DNA of 64,000 bases, from assembly GCA_047495785.1 (NCBI GenBank), contig JBLDXI010000019.1, positions 3,224,001 through 3,288,000 on the forward strand, read 5' to 3'. The notes under the pieces were generated by a model that saw only the letters and a list, made by a program, of their open reading frames with translations, was not told where the DNA came from and ran no database searches. Every line of letters begins with the position of its first letter. The stretch's first letter is position 1. Origin of the DNA: Lepidodermella squamata. Taxonomy: Eukaryota > Animalia > Gastrotricha. The position numbers and the translations under genes were made by a program. Shown here piece after piece: positions 41,101 through 50,422 of the stretch.

Positions 41101-42598
41101 CTCCATGTATCCATTTGTTCTGTGGTCGAAAGACTTCCCGTGTCAAGATGTATCAATGCAAGTTTTAAGGTGGCGTTTGGATGATGCGAAATTGAGGGCA
41201 AAGTTTTTTGATACAACGGACCCAGCGTTTGGCCTGATATCTTGCAAGATAGTACCAAACGCTGCTTTGATAATTCCCTGTCTCCCATGGAAATACGAAG
41301 ATCGATTAGTATTTATCAGTTGTAGGACTTGCTACGTCGAGAAAAATTCAAAAACGAGATGCAATCATAATGATGAAGAGCGTGCTCTAACAGGTGTGTG
41401 GACTACTGAAGAGGTACGTATGGCTGTCGAGAAATTCGGGTATAGCCTTCAATCCGTTTTCGAAATATGGCACTACGAGTCCCGAGGAAATTTGAACTTT
41501 AAGGATTTTATAATATCGCTTCAAAAGCTCAAGTTGGAACATACACAAATAGCCGCTAATCTTGACGTAGAGAAATATGTGTCTGATTGCCGAGCGAAGT
41601 ATGGTATCGATTTAGACACGCAGGCTATGCTATCGCCGAATCCTGCTATGAAGCAGATATCGAAGATCCTACAGAATAGGTAGATGGCGTTGTTTTTTAG
41701 CACTGGTCTTGGTCTTATATCCCTCGTAGCTTTTACGGCAGATTTTGTCTCCGAAGCAATAATTCTACTGTGAAATATCTTGATTCGCCAGAGCAACTTA
41801 TAGATCTGTTCGAAAGTCCAGGGAAAGTTGTTCACACCATACTGCCAGTTGGCCCTGATGACGAATCTCAACGAGTCCGCGTTTCATATTCCGATGCTCC
41901 AGATCACGAACAACCCTGTCCGAGCAATTCAGAGATAATAGCCGCTTTCATAACGTCGTATGCAAGAATTTTGTTGTACGAAGAGGTTGAAGGAAGCTAT
42001 TCGAAATCAATAATTTTTAAAGCTCTTTGCTTTCTAGATGGCTCGACTCGGTTCGAGGGTAGTCTATTGCGATAGTAAGCATTTTTTCAATTTCCGAGAT
42101 TTTTTTCAAATTCAATTTTTTAAGCGGATTCCTTAATTTACACGCATCAAGAGGGCGAGTATAAAATTCCAGAGGGACCCTTCATGGGTGAATTCAAATC
42201 GGAATTAAGCGATGGCGAAATCATTGAATCATGGGTTTGCATCTCGCCAAAGTCATACTCATTCGTAACTAATTTCAGGTATCGATGAAAAAATAATTTC
42301 ACTGCGGATTTTTCGAGGCTTTGATATTTTCAGATCTGAGCTCAAGTTCAAAGGAATAACTCAGAGCCTCGCAGGGAAAAAATTGTCACATGAATCTTTA
42401 GTCAAGCTGTTATTTGAATCATTGAGCGAATCTGCGCATCCATCTCTGACTCTTGATCAAACCAGATTCCACCGGCGGCACGTTCCGGCTTCAGTGACTC
42501 TTGAAACGCTTGAAAAAAGAATAGCGCCACATTTGAATGATAAACGAATATTTTGCCCTACATCCTTTACTTCAATACCTTACGGGTACCGGGTATAA
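38135..42598 (+). CDS. pPolB: Protein-primed family B DNA polymerase, 10 coding exons, 1331 aa
   Basis: Introns are 39744-39793, 39906-39957, 40370-40419, 40667-40720, 40972-41026, 41680-41729, 41986-42037, 42075-42124 and 42279-42333. The spliced CDS is 3996 nt and open. Motifs: FFDTE (ExoI), HYGGKFD (ExoII), FIDS, YCMQD (ExoIII), EYYGCAIHGH, PRSALLGGRCE, YVDINSMYP, KILQNSFYGRF, YCDTDS, PKSY, KFKGIT, PYGY. Confidence 0.96.
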
Positions 42599-42630
42599 CT
42601 CTTTCATGCATTCTTCTTCTATTAGAAATT

Positions 42631-43083
42631 ATGTCAGACAGCATTTCACCGGATCGATTGGCTCCTGAGAGTGTAGCCTCTTACGAGTTTGTAAATTCTG
42701 AAGTTACCTGTTGCATTTGCCTTGGAATCATGCTTACACCTGTACACATTTCCAACTGTCAACACGCATTCTGCGAAACCTGCATTTGTCGATGGGGCGA
42801 TCGAGTTGAAGCTGGTAAAAAAGGTGGTTTGGTGGCGTATATGTACTCGAAGGCTACTTGCCCGAAATGCCGCCAATTATATACTTGCTTGGATCTCACC
42901 CCTGGGCCGGCTGTTGTAGATCGATTAGTCTCCCTTTTGCAGTTTAAATGCGTGAATGAAAAGCGCGGATGCTCAGTCAAAATGGACTATCTCAGTCTCA
43001 TGGAGCATCAAAAGAAATGCAATAAACGGAAAGTACCAAAATATACTGGAAATTTTAAATTTCTTCGTCAAAAAGCTGATTAG
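42631..43083 (+). CDS. RING-HC E3 ubiquitin ligase with a TRAF/SIAH-type zinc finger
   Basis: CCICLGIMLTPVHISNCQHAFCETCI...CPKCR (C3HC4), followed by L-x-x-x-C-x-N-x-x-RGC...EHQKKC. Confidence 0.85.
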   Translation: MSDSISPDRLAPESVASYEFVNSEVTCCICLGIMLTPVHISNCQHAFCETCICRWGDRVEAGKKGGLVAYMYSKATCPKCRQLYTCLDLTPGPAVVDRLVSLLQFKCVNEKRGCSVKMDYLSLMEHQKKCNKRKVPKYTGNFKFLRQKAD

Positions 43084-43189
43084 GGATTCAGCTTCCCAAT
43101 TGAATCAAGTCTGAAATCCATCTGAAATAAATCCATATGCACCTAAACAAAAATATGTTTGAATTTTAGGATCAAATTAACTAAAAAGA

Positions 43190-43527
43190 ATGAAAAGTTC
43201 GTACATTTTGGAGCTTAAACTGACGAATGGCAGTACTTTCTACACGACTTTCGATGAATCATCGACACTTGCTGACATCATAGCACATCTACACGCTGCT
43301 TGGCCGCCAAAATGGGGCGACAAGCTTGACCTGGATCAATTACAGCTCTACTGCAAAGATCGCGCAATCAGAAAGTCGGTGCTGCTCAAGTGTAAGTAAA
43401 TTTCTACCTTTGAACCGAGCTTGATGATTTTCCAATCCTAGCATTGAGTCGCCGCGAACTACATGGCTACAAGCATCGCACTTATTATGTCACTATTGTC
43501 TCAAAAAGCCCTCTTCCCGAGCTTTGA
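43190..43527 (+). CDS. UBL3/MUB-like ubiquitin-fold protein 1 (intron 43392-43441; 95 aa)
   Basis: LELKLTNG...DIIAHLHAAWPPKW...LQLYCKDR...VTIVSKSPLPEL matches the UBL3 pattern LRLILVSG..DIAKHVYDNWPMDW..LRLIYQGR..RETLPEP. Confidence 0.75.
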
Positions 43528-43599
43528 ACTTTCTGCTAATGTATAGTAAAGAAAAATACTATATTCGAGCTTGTTTTAAACTTAGATTTGTAACTTAAA

Positions 43600-43845
43600 A
43601 TGGAACCTCAGGCTTTTGAGGAATTTTCAGCTAATGTCGCTTGGAGAAATGGAGATCAAATTAGCTTGCGATGCCATGCGTCAATAAAAGTAGACGCTAT
43701 CCTACAGCAGATATATGACGAATGGCCAGATAGTTGGGGTGAGAAGCCGCATGTGAAAGAACTCCGACTATGTTACAACGGTAGATGCTTGCATAGGTTC
43801 TACAAACCAATAAGAAAGTATTTCCCAAGTATTTCCCAAGTGTAA
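43600..43845 (+). CDS. UBL3/MUB-like ubiquitin-fold protein 2 (3' end probably spliced to about 43863-43950; unresolved)
   Basis: IYDEWPDSWGEKPHVKELRLCYNGRCLH aligns with UBL3 VYDNWPMDWEEEQVSSPNILRLIYQGRFLH. Confidence 0.8.
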   Translation: MEPQAFEEFSANVAWRNGDQISLRCHASIKVDAILQQIYDEWPDSWGEKPHVKELRLCYNGRCLHRFYKPIRKYFPSISQV

Positions 43846-43993
43846 TTGTTTTTATCCAACAGAACTCTGCAACTATCTCCGAGTGAACGTTTTGGAGCTG
43901 ACAGCTACAGCGCTTCATGTCTAATGATTTTCTGCTATGTATAAAAGATGGGTAAAAAAAGGGATCTTTTTAATTTTAGAAACATTTGAAAAA

Positions 43994-44254
43994 ATGACTA
44001 AATGGAATTTGAAAATTCGTATCGATAAGCGATTGAGTCCGAAATTAACTCTCAGAACGATTGGCGATCTTAAGGTAAATTCTCAATTGCGAATCCCGCT
44101 AATTATAATAAGAATTATACTCTGGCAGGTTTTGTTTATACGCAATTGTCCATGCCAACCATGCGTGATTGTCTCTGGAACGACAAAAGCGAAGATCTTT
44201 CGTCTATCTGACATTGAGACCGCAATTTGCTTTTACAAACAGCGTGAAAATTAA
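43994..44254 (+). CDS. Small (about 68 aa) unknown protein (in-frame intron 44075-44128)
   Basis: ATG preceded by the acceptor TAATTTTAG, a 54-nt GTAAAT...GGCAG intron, and a CPCQPC motif. Confidence 0.45.
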   Translation: MTKWNLKIRIDKRLSPKLTLRTIGDLKVNSQLRIPLIIIRIILWQVLFIRNCPCQPCVIVSGTTKAKIFRLSDIETAICFYKQREN

Positions 44255-44311
44255 GTCGTGAAAAAAGTGATTCAGGAATGGTTTTTTTATCTTAGGTTAT
44301 AAAAATAATTG

Positions 44312-44662
44312 ATGGAAGCATCTCAAGATTGCGATTGGAGCAGCTGCGAATCCCTTGATTCTTGCAATTCTGTTGATTCTTCAACTCAAACTTTGCCTTA
44401 TGAGCCGAACTCTTCAGCTCTTCTCCTCAGGTGGGTTACTGGCGCTAAGGTCATCATAAAATGTCGAAAGTCGACTCAGATGCGCGAAATTTTGAATAAG
44501 CTGTGGGAAAAATGGCCCGATGGTTGGACAAGCCGGCCTTCGGACCCCAGAAAATTGAAAATTTACTACGGCCGGCTCAACATTCAAGACTTGACTAACG
44601 TCTACGAATTGAGCAAGGATCTTGACAAACGTCATTTGGTATTCAACGTACGCTGCGAGTAA
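44312..44662 (+). CDS. UBL3/MUB-like ubiquitin-fold protein 3
   Basis: LLLRWVTG...LWEKWPDGWTSRPSDPRKLKIYYG...LVFNVRCE. Confidence 0.75.
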   Translation: MEASQDCDWSSCESLDSCNSVDSSTQTLPYEPNSSALLLRWVTGAKVIIKCRKSTQMREILNKLWEKWPDGWTSRPSDPRKLKIYYGRLNIQDLTNVYELSKDLDKRHLVFNVRCE

Positions 44663-44761
44663 TAGTTCATCACAATTCAAACAGTTGAAATCTGTATTAA
44701 CCTGAATAATTGACGCAGTAAAATTAAATGGTTATGATATTCTTTTTTAGGCGAATTAATA

Positions 44762-45112
44762 ATGATATACTCGGCTGCGATTGAATCCCCTTCGATGAAA
44801 CCTTCAATTCCAGTAATTAACCTCGTTCAGGATGACGTAGCTATCTTACTGAAGTGGGAGAATGGCAACAAAGTAATCATGCGTTGTCGACCATGGCTAT
44901 CATGCGACTCCGTGTTAGCAGCGCTGGGGGCTGACTGGCCAAAAAATTGGGATAAAATTGGACCCACTGACAGATTGCATTTGCACTACAATAAACTTTG
45001 CCTTCCCCCTTTTGGTTATAAAGTCGGAGATTTTCTGAAAGATAGCAGACATCGCTTTGTAACGCTACATGTAAAATCATTTGAGCCCAAGATCAAGCGC
45101 ATTTGTCCTTAG
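44762..45112 (+). CDS. UBL3/MUB-like ubiquitin-fold protein 4
   Basis: ILLKWENG...ADWPKNW...LHLHYNK...FVTLHVK. Confidence 0.75.
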   Translation: MIYSAAIESPSMKPSIPVINLVQDDVAILLKWENGNKVIMRCRPWLSCDSVLAALGADWPKNWDKIGPTDRLHLHYNKLCLPPFGYKVGDFLKDSRHRFVTLHVKSFEPKIKRICP

Positions 45113-45162
45113 TAAAGTGTTTAATTAACTCTGATTTTTCTAGTGCAGTTAACTAAAATCGC

Positions 45163-45504
45163 ATGGAAATAGCAAACGATATCTCTCAAACCCTAAGCAA
45201 GACGGAAGACTCGACAATTCCAGTAATTGACATAGTTCGGAACGATCTGACTGTCATTCTTAAGTGGGTTACTGGAGATAAAGTAATCATGCACTGTGAA
45301 GAGTTGGATTGTCCGTATGACATTATTCGCAAGTTAATGGCGACCTGGCCAAAAAGATGGAAATTCGATAAATCGGCTGAACCTCATACATTATACTTAT
45401 GCTACGGCGGTCTTAAGCTGCCAGGGTGGCACAGGATGAGGTTTTTTTTACCTGCTAATGATTCCAGCCGACGATATGTAACACTTGATGTCAAATATAT
45501 GTAA
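45163..45504 (+). CDS. UBL3/MUB-like ubiquitin-fold protein 5
   Basis: VILKWVTG...ATWPKRW...EPHTLYLCYGG...YVTLDVK. It shares the leader IPVI(N/D)(L/I)V with copy 4. Confidence 0.75.
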   Translation: MEIANDISQTLSKTEDSTIPVIDIVRNDLTVILKWVTGDKVIMHCEELDCPYDIIRKLMATWPKRWKFDKSAEPHTLYLCYGGLKLPGWHRMRFFLPANDSSRRYVTLDVKYM

Positions 45505-45611
45505 TATTAATCGTTTGATTTTATCCGTTTATTCAACGCATAGGTAATAGGTATTCAATAAATATATCATATGTAATTTCGGGTAATTTTTTATTTTTTT
45601 AGGAAAATATT

Positions 45612-46528
45612 ATGATAGCTGACTTCTACAATTCTGGATTGCCCCCGAATTTCGCGTGGAAAATAGTGAAATCATTGAAGGTTTGCTGACAAGTAGTCTG
45701 GACCTAAAACGCATTTTTTGTATTGTAGCCGTTCGACAACTTGCGACCAAAATCTGTTCAGCGAGCATCAGGATTCAGGCGGTTGAAAGTGATGTGCATT
45801 TCCGACACGCACGACAGCGATTTTGTTTCAAAGGTGTCGAAAGCTCAAACATCGGCTCAAGCTGATATTTTGGTTCACGCGGGTGACATTACGACTTTCG
45901 GAAGTTCAGCAGAACTACGTCGATTTGATCGTCTGTTATCAAGCGTCAAGCCAATGTTCCGAGAAGTAGTTGTTATCGCTGGAAATCACGATCGATGTTT
46001 GCAAAGCGGCGAATATGAGCTGAAAAATTGCATCTACTTGCAAGATGAGGCGATCAGAATCAGCGGTCTTCTGTTTTACGGCACGCCGTGGTAAGTTTCT
46101 TGAATCGTGTTTCTTGATTCAAGTTTCTTTCGCGAAGGACACCGTGGACTGACAGTCGACATTCGGCTTTCACGCGTGCGAGAGGTCGAGAAATTAGCGC
46201 GAAATGGGAGATGATTCCCAGCGATACCGACATATTAGTTACTCATAGTCCCATGTTGGGTGTTCTGGATCAAACATCGAGTGGTGAGCGGATCGGCTGC
46301 CTTTCGCTCGCTGATCAAATTTTAACTCGCATTAACCCAAAGCTTCACATTTTTGGGCACGCTCATTTCAGTAATCATGTAACAAAAGAAAAATTGAATT
46401 CAACTTTTTCTTTTTATTAAGGTCGCGGAGAATTTGAAACTGATAATACATTGTTTGTGAATGCAAGCCTGTGTGACGACGAGAACAAGTTACAGTTCAA
46501 CCCGATATCTGTGGAGTTGCTCTACTAA
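45612..46528 (+). CDS. MPPED1/2 (239FB)-like calcineurin-fold metallophosphoesterase, 4 exons, 256 aa
   Basis: CISDTH, DILVHAGD, VIAGNHD, YLQDE..I-x-GL-x-FYGTPW, DILVTHSP, PKLHIFGHAH and FVNAS are all present. Introns are 45681-45728, 46091-46137 and 46371-46421. Confidence 0.9.
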
Positions 46529-47325
46529 CGATCTGGCTTTGGAATCCATGCTGCCCATCCGCCGCTTTGTCCGCGGGTTTTCGGAGGTGATGTCAACACT
46601 CGAGGATTCGTCGCCTTTATCGATCCCGCATCGACTATTTTGTGTAGTCGTTCTGCTGAATCCGTTGTCAATGGAGCATTCGTATCCGTAATATTTTGTA
46701 GGAACTCTAACAACGGCCATGAATCAACTACCGTTCCCGAATTCGGACTTAACAGATTGATCGTTTTATTTGGTGAAATTACAACCCTCTTGGACCTATT
46801 GGGTCCTTTCAAATCACTAAGTATCTTAGTCACCAGCAATCTCCGAGTTTTCGACTGGAAGCTATCAATGATTTCTTTAAAGTCCAAGGGTTTTTCAGGA
46901 GATACCTCCTCGCCCTGTTCTATTTTGGGAGAGCGAGTTGCTAACGGAGTTGTAGGTCGTTGCTTCACAGGGGATAAATTAGCTTCAGTCTCGCTTATCT
47001 CATTTTCATCCTCTAATGGATCATTAGATTTGGGTTCTGATTTTGTCTCTGCAATTTTTAATTCGCTTACAACGCGCTGAAACTCGCGGAAGGCAGAGTT
47101 GAATTTGTACAGCTTCCGACGAGCGTCTTCCTCTACATTGTCGGAAGATGACAATGCAGTTAGCATTTGCATTGCGTTACGCTTCAGCAAGCCTTTCTGC
47201 GCAGGTTCAGATGCTTCCTTGATTAATCGTTTACTCTCTGTCTCAACGGTATTCTTTGCGTCGTCATGCTTTAGCGCTCCTGGAACAAGGGCATAACGCT
47301 TTGCAAACTGGCCGAATCCACTCAT
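46525..47325 (-). CDS. Polinton structural-block protein of unknown function
   Basis: Starts MSGFGQFAKRYALVP, overlapping the upstream stop (ATGA), and ends QSGGW... It is the last gene of the minus-strand virion block. Confidence 0.7.
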   Translation of the reverse strand: MSGFGQFAKRYALVPGALKHDDAKNTVETESKRLIKEASEPAQKGLLKRNAMQMLTALSSSDNVEEDARRKLYKFNSAFREFQRVVSELKIAETKSEPKSNDPLEDENEISETEANLSPVKQRPTTPLATRSPKIEQGEEVSPEKPLDFKEIIDSFQSKTRRLLVTKILSDLKGPNRSKRVVISPNKTINLLSPNSGTVVDSWPLLEFLQNITDTNAPLTTDSAERLHKIVDAGSIKATNPRVLTSPPKTRGQSGGWAAWIPKPDR

Positions 47326-47737
47326 TTTCGTGTGGCTTTGACAATTGCTTCGACCACTGTGGGAAGTATTCCTAAAATTGGTCTCATTTATCAATTTTTT
47401 TTAATTAAAAAATAAGCAAACCAGCTACGGCTGACAATAGCGGTACTACAAAAGCTGCCCCGCCTTTCTGAACTATGTACTGACGATTACTGCTAACAGT
47501 TCGCTCGCTTTCACCTAATTTTCTGATAGATTTACTAAATCTTCGCAGCTTTTTCGCTAATCTCGGCGAAATCTGAAGGTTCTTGTTGAGGAGATTGAGG
47601 CAAACTTCGCTTATAATTCTGATGACCGTATCCGGAGCAATAGATAACAACTGCCTACGCCGATCAATAGATTTTGCTCGAACTATTTCTCTTATAAAAC
47701 CCAAAACGCGCTGCGATTTATCGTATGACTTGCGCAT
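47322..47737 (-). CDS. Basic small virion-associated protein with a QKGG + amphipathic tail (intron 47372-47421; 121 aa)
   Basis: ISEVCLNLL..N core. The spliced C-terminus is QKGGAAFVVPLLSAVAG|ILPTVVEAIVKATRK*. Confidence 0.7.
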
Positions 47738-47793
47738 ATCTTTAGACCATTATAAATGTGAACAAACACCTCATTTATATATACATTTTATTA

Positions 47794-48537
47794 TTATTTC
47801 GGTACATAAATTACACCAGGGAAAGCGCCCACCCCAGTTCTATAGCGCATAAACTCCGGACAATCAGGACTGAGGTCGATAAGTAAGTAACGATGTCCGC
47901 CTTTGCTTGTTTCCATTTCGAAACTCTCCACTACGAACCGCCAGCGCAGCGGTTCCAATTGCAGGGCGAGATAGCGGAACGATGTGAGATCTGCACGATG
48001 CCGAAAAATGAATAAATATTTAGCATTCAGCGTCATTTCTTTGGACATTTTTCCTTTGCAGAATATTGCTTGCTGAGTAAAAAATACAGATAACTTCAAA
48101 TGATGAGAGTATCGATAAAATAATTGAAGAATTTTCGGATCGTTTCTTCCTGTATCATACAAGTCATCTATCACTAACAATGTATAAGTATCATCTCCAC
48201 TGCTTGATTGGAATTCTTCAAAGTTTAGTTGCTCTAGACCTTTGCGAAACTCAACAGTAAGACCACGGCTTTTTTCTACTTCATCCTTTATTTGCTGATG
48301 CATCCCGGTCTCAACCCCGTAAAACCATAACACTCGATGCGGCGCTGGTGATATGGATTCCGGGTCGTTAAGAATTCGTCGAATAAGCCATGTTTTGCCT
48401 AATATACATAGGATGAAATGAGATAATATTTATGAAACGCACAACTAACCTGCGCCGCTAGGACCTATAACGAGCGAGCAGAAAGGGGCTTGCAAGCTAA
48501 GCGATACATCTATTTCTGATGGCAAATCGCCAGACAT
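47794..48537 (-). CDS. A32/FtsK-type genome-packaging ATPase (intron 48399-48449; 230 aa)
   Basis: Walker A GPSGAG|KT is restored by splicing. Walker B LLVIDD and the SHH..SVFFTQQ motif are present. Confidence 0.92.
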
Positions 48538-49076
48538 GACTGGTGACCGCTACAGGTACCGAAATGACGGGACATTTTCTCAGATTTGCTAACTTTAAAT
48601 ATTCGATTCACCTGATCAACTATGAAATTATCCGTATTTTTATCAGGAAGCATTTGCGCAATCTTATCCATAGATGCTCCCCTCGCGAACCAGTGAAGCG
48701 TTAAATATGCGTAGTAGCCACAAACCGCCGTTGAATCGCTCTGATATTTATGCTTGTTATAAATGTAATTATTTTTCGAGTTGATGTTCGTTAAAAATGC
48801 TTCTATAGCCTTGTTATAGAAGTTCCCGCGCCGACCATAGCTATCAAAGAATAAAGCCGGCTCGTTTGTTTGTGGGACATAAATTGACAGCCAATGACTT
48901 CCCGGCTGACCAGCGGCGTCTGTATTTACAATTAGAGCCATGGGACGCTCGCTCATCCCCTGATATCGTGATAGATAATCCCATGGTATAGTCTTTTTAA
49001 CTGGAATTTTATTGAGATTTCTATCACAGCCAAGTAGACAGTCCAACTGGAGGGTATTTAGTTGACCTCCGTTCAT
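48510..49076 (-). CDS. Adenain/Ulp1-like (clan CE) maturation cysteine protease
   Basis: IVNTD...PGSHW, FFDSYG and YQ...AVCGYY provide the His, Asp, Gln and Cys catalytic residues. Confidence 0.92.
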   Translation of the reverse strand: MNGGQLNTLQLDCLLGCDRNLNKIPVKKTIPWDYLSRYQGMSERPMALIVNTDAAGQPGSHWLSIYVPQTNEPALFFDSYGRRGNFYNKAIEAFLTNINSKNNYIYNKHKYQSDSTAVCGYYAYLTLHWFARGASMDKIAQMLPDKNTDNFIVDQVNRIFKVSKSEKMSRHFGTCSGHQSCLAICHQK

Positions 49077-49081
49077 GCTAT

Positions 49082-50371
49082 TCACGTAAAGTCGACCAGG
49101 ACGTTTCGTGCAAAATTCAGCTCGATAACTTGATCCGTCTCAAAGTAACAGAGAAGTATCAGGTTATCGGCTAATGCTTTTTTAAATAATAAATCAATAG
49201 AAAGCACGCCACTTTTAACCAGACTGTATGCACTACGACTTGAGTCGGGTGAGAGATCGAATCCTATAAAGGAAAAGCCGTCCTTGCTGTATTCTGATAG
49301 CTTTATACCATTTGTTTTAGTCGAGTAAGGAAACAGCGTCTCCCTAAGAGCACTCATAGCCCGAGCCGATGTATTTTCGCCCTCTCCAAATTCGAGCGGG
49401 CTGTTTGGGACATGCTCGCTATCTATTGTGACAGACACGCGCTGAACGCCAGCGTTTTTAAAGTTGTAAGGACTGGTGAAGATGTCGCCTTTGAAATCAC
49501 TATCGCTAACGAAAGACATCACCAGTCGTCTGGGTATTTTCCCTAGTATAACGTGCCCAAGGTTGTAGTTAAGAGATCCCTTTTGCAAATTCAAGACTTT
49601 AATGAACGATCTGTTCACACCATACTTGGCCGTGGTTTTTGTTAGTGTTCGATTCAGCGCCAACGTAAATTGCGGAGATACGCGAACGCGACGCAATTTG
49701 AGCTTAGCATCAGTAACTGTTAGTGTATAGTCCATCTTGTCCCCGGCAGGTTTCATCAGAGCAAACGCCTCAGGTGCGCGTATGAAAGTCAACTTGAAGG
49801 GCGTAGCCGGAATCAGAAATTTCGGCTGAGAGAATAGCTCTAAATGTGGCTTGCCTATAAGAACCATCTCGCCTTGCTTTGCCCAAGCAAGTCTGGCGGT
49901 ATGACCCTTGCCAGCAGGATCGCTGACTTTACCAGCTTCGTCTGAATAATAGCCTTGCAATGCTAAGTAGCTATCCTTAGCTGTCGGATCACAACTCAGT
50001 AAAGTTGAAATATAAGCCTTATAATTATATGTCGGAGCCGGTTCGCTGATTTGCGTATTATTTATGCTCATATCTATTTGACTGAACATACTATGCAACA
50101 GAAGGTTAACCGGCGAGCAAGTAAGGTCAGCTAAAGTCTTTGACGCGTCGCCATTCACTATTTTACATGTTATTTCCACGTATGAACGGCTCAAATCTGT
50201 CCAATCATTGCTTGGAGGGATGTCAAAATCAATGCGTGACTGATTGGCGATCGCGGAAACTGGTCCATATTCTGTAATGTAATTGCTCTCTATCTCAACT
50301 TGAGTAGGGTTCAACGAAAAGACATTCAGCTCAGCGCGAATTGCGTTTTCAGAAGAGGGGTGGACGTACAT
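49082..50371 (-). CDS. Double jelly-roll major capsid protein (PY)
   Basis: Intronless 429-aa ORF with Polinton MCP motifs (ELNVF..PTQ, DLSRSY, PVNLLLHSMFSQID, YNYKAY, G-x-IP-x-R, PYNF, FDLSPD). Confidence 0.92.
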   Translation of the reverse strand: MYVHPSSENAIRAELNVFSLNPTQVEIESNYITEYGPVSAIANQSRIDFDIPPSNDWTDLSRSYVEITCKIVNGDASKTLADLTCSPVNLLLHSMFSQIDMSINNTQISEPAPTYNYKAYISTLLSCDPTAKDSYLALQGYYSDEAGKVSDPAGKGHTARLAWAKQGEMVLIGKPHLELFSQPKFLIPATPFKLTFIRAPEAFALMKPAGDKMDYTLTVTDAKLKLRRVRVSPQFTLALNRTLTKTTAKYGVNRSFIKVLNLQKGSLNYNLGHVILGKIPRRLVMSFVSDSDFKGDIFTSPYNFKNAGVQRVSVTIDSEHVPNSPLEFGEGENTSARAMSALRETLFPYSTKTNGIKLSEYSKDGFSFIGFDLSPDSSRSAYSLVKSGVLSIDLLFKKALADNLILLCYFETDQVIELNFARNVLVDFT

Positions 50372-50422
50372 GGCAGTGAGATGATTATTTAATCTCGGTT
50401 TTAACTCCTTTAAATAGGGTTT

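Noticed and set aside
39724-42598. Reading the fragmented pPolB ORFs as a frameshifted, decayed pseudogene
   Set aside because: Every break is bounded by GT...AG, is 50-55 nt long, and its removal restores both the frame and a conserved motif.
43863-43950. CAAX-like end (CLMIFCYV) for UBL copy 2 under one splice choice
   Set aside because: The donor is ambiguous because of an 11-bp tandem duplication, and the Cys is not at the -4 position.
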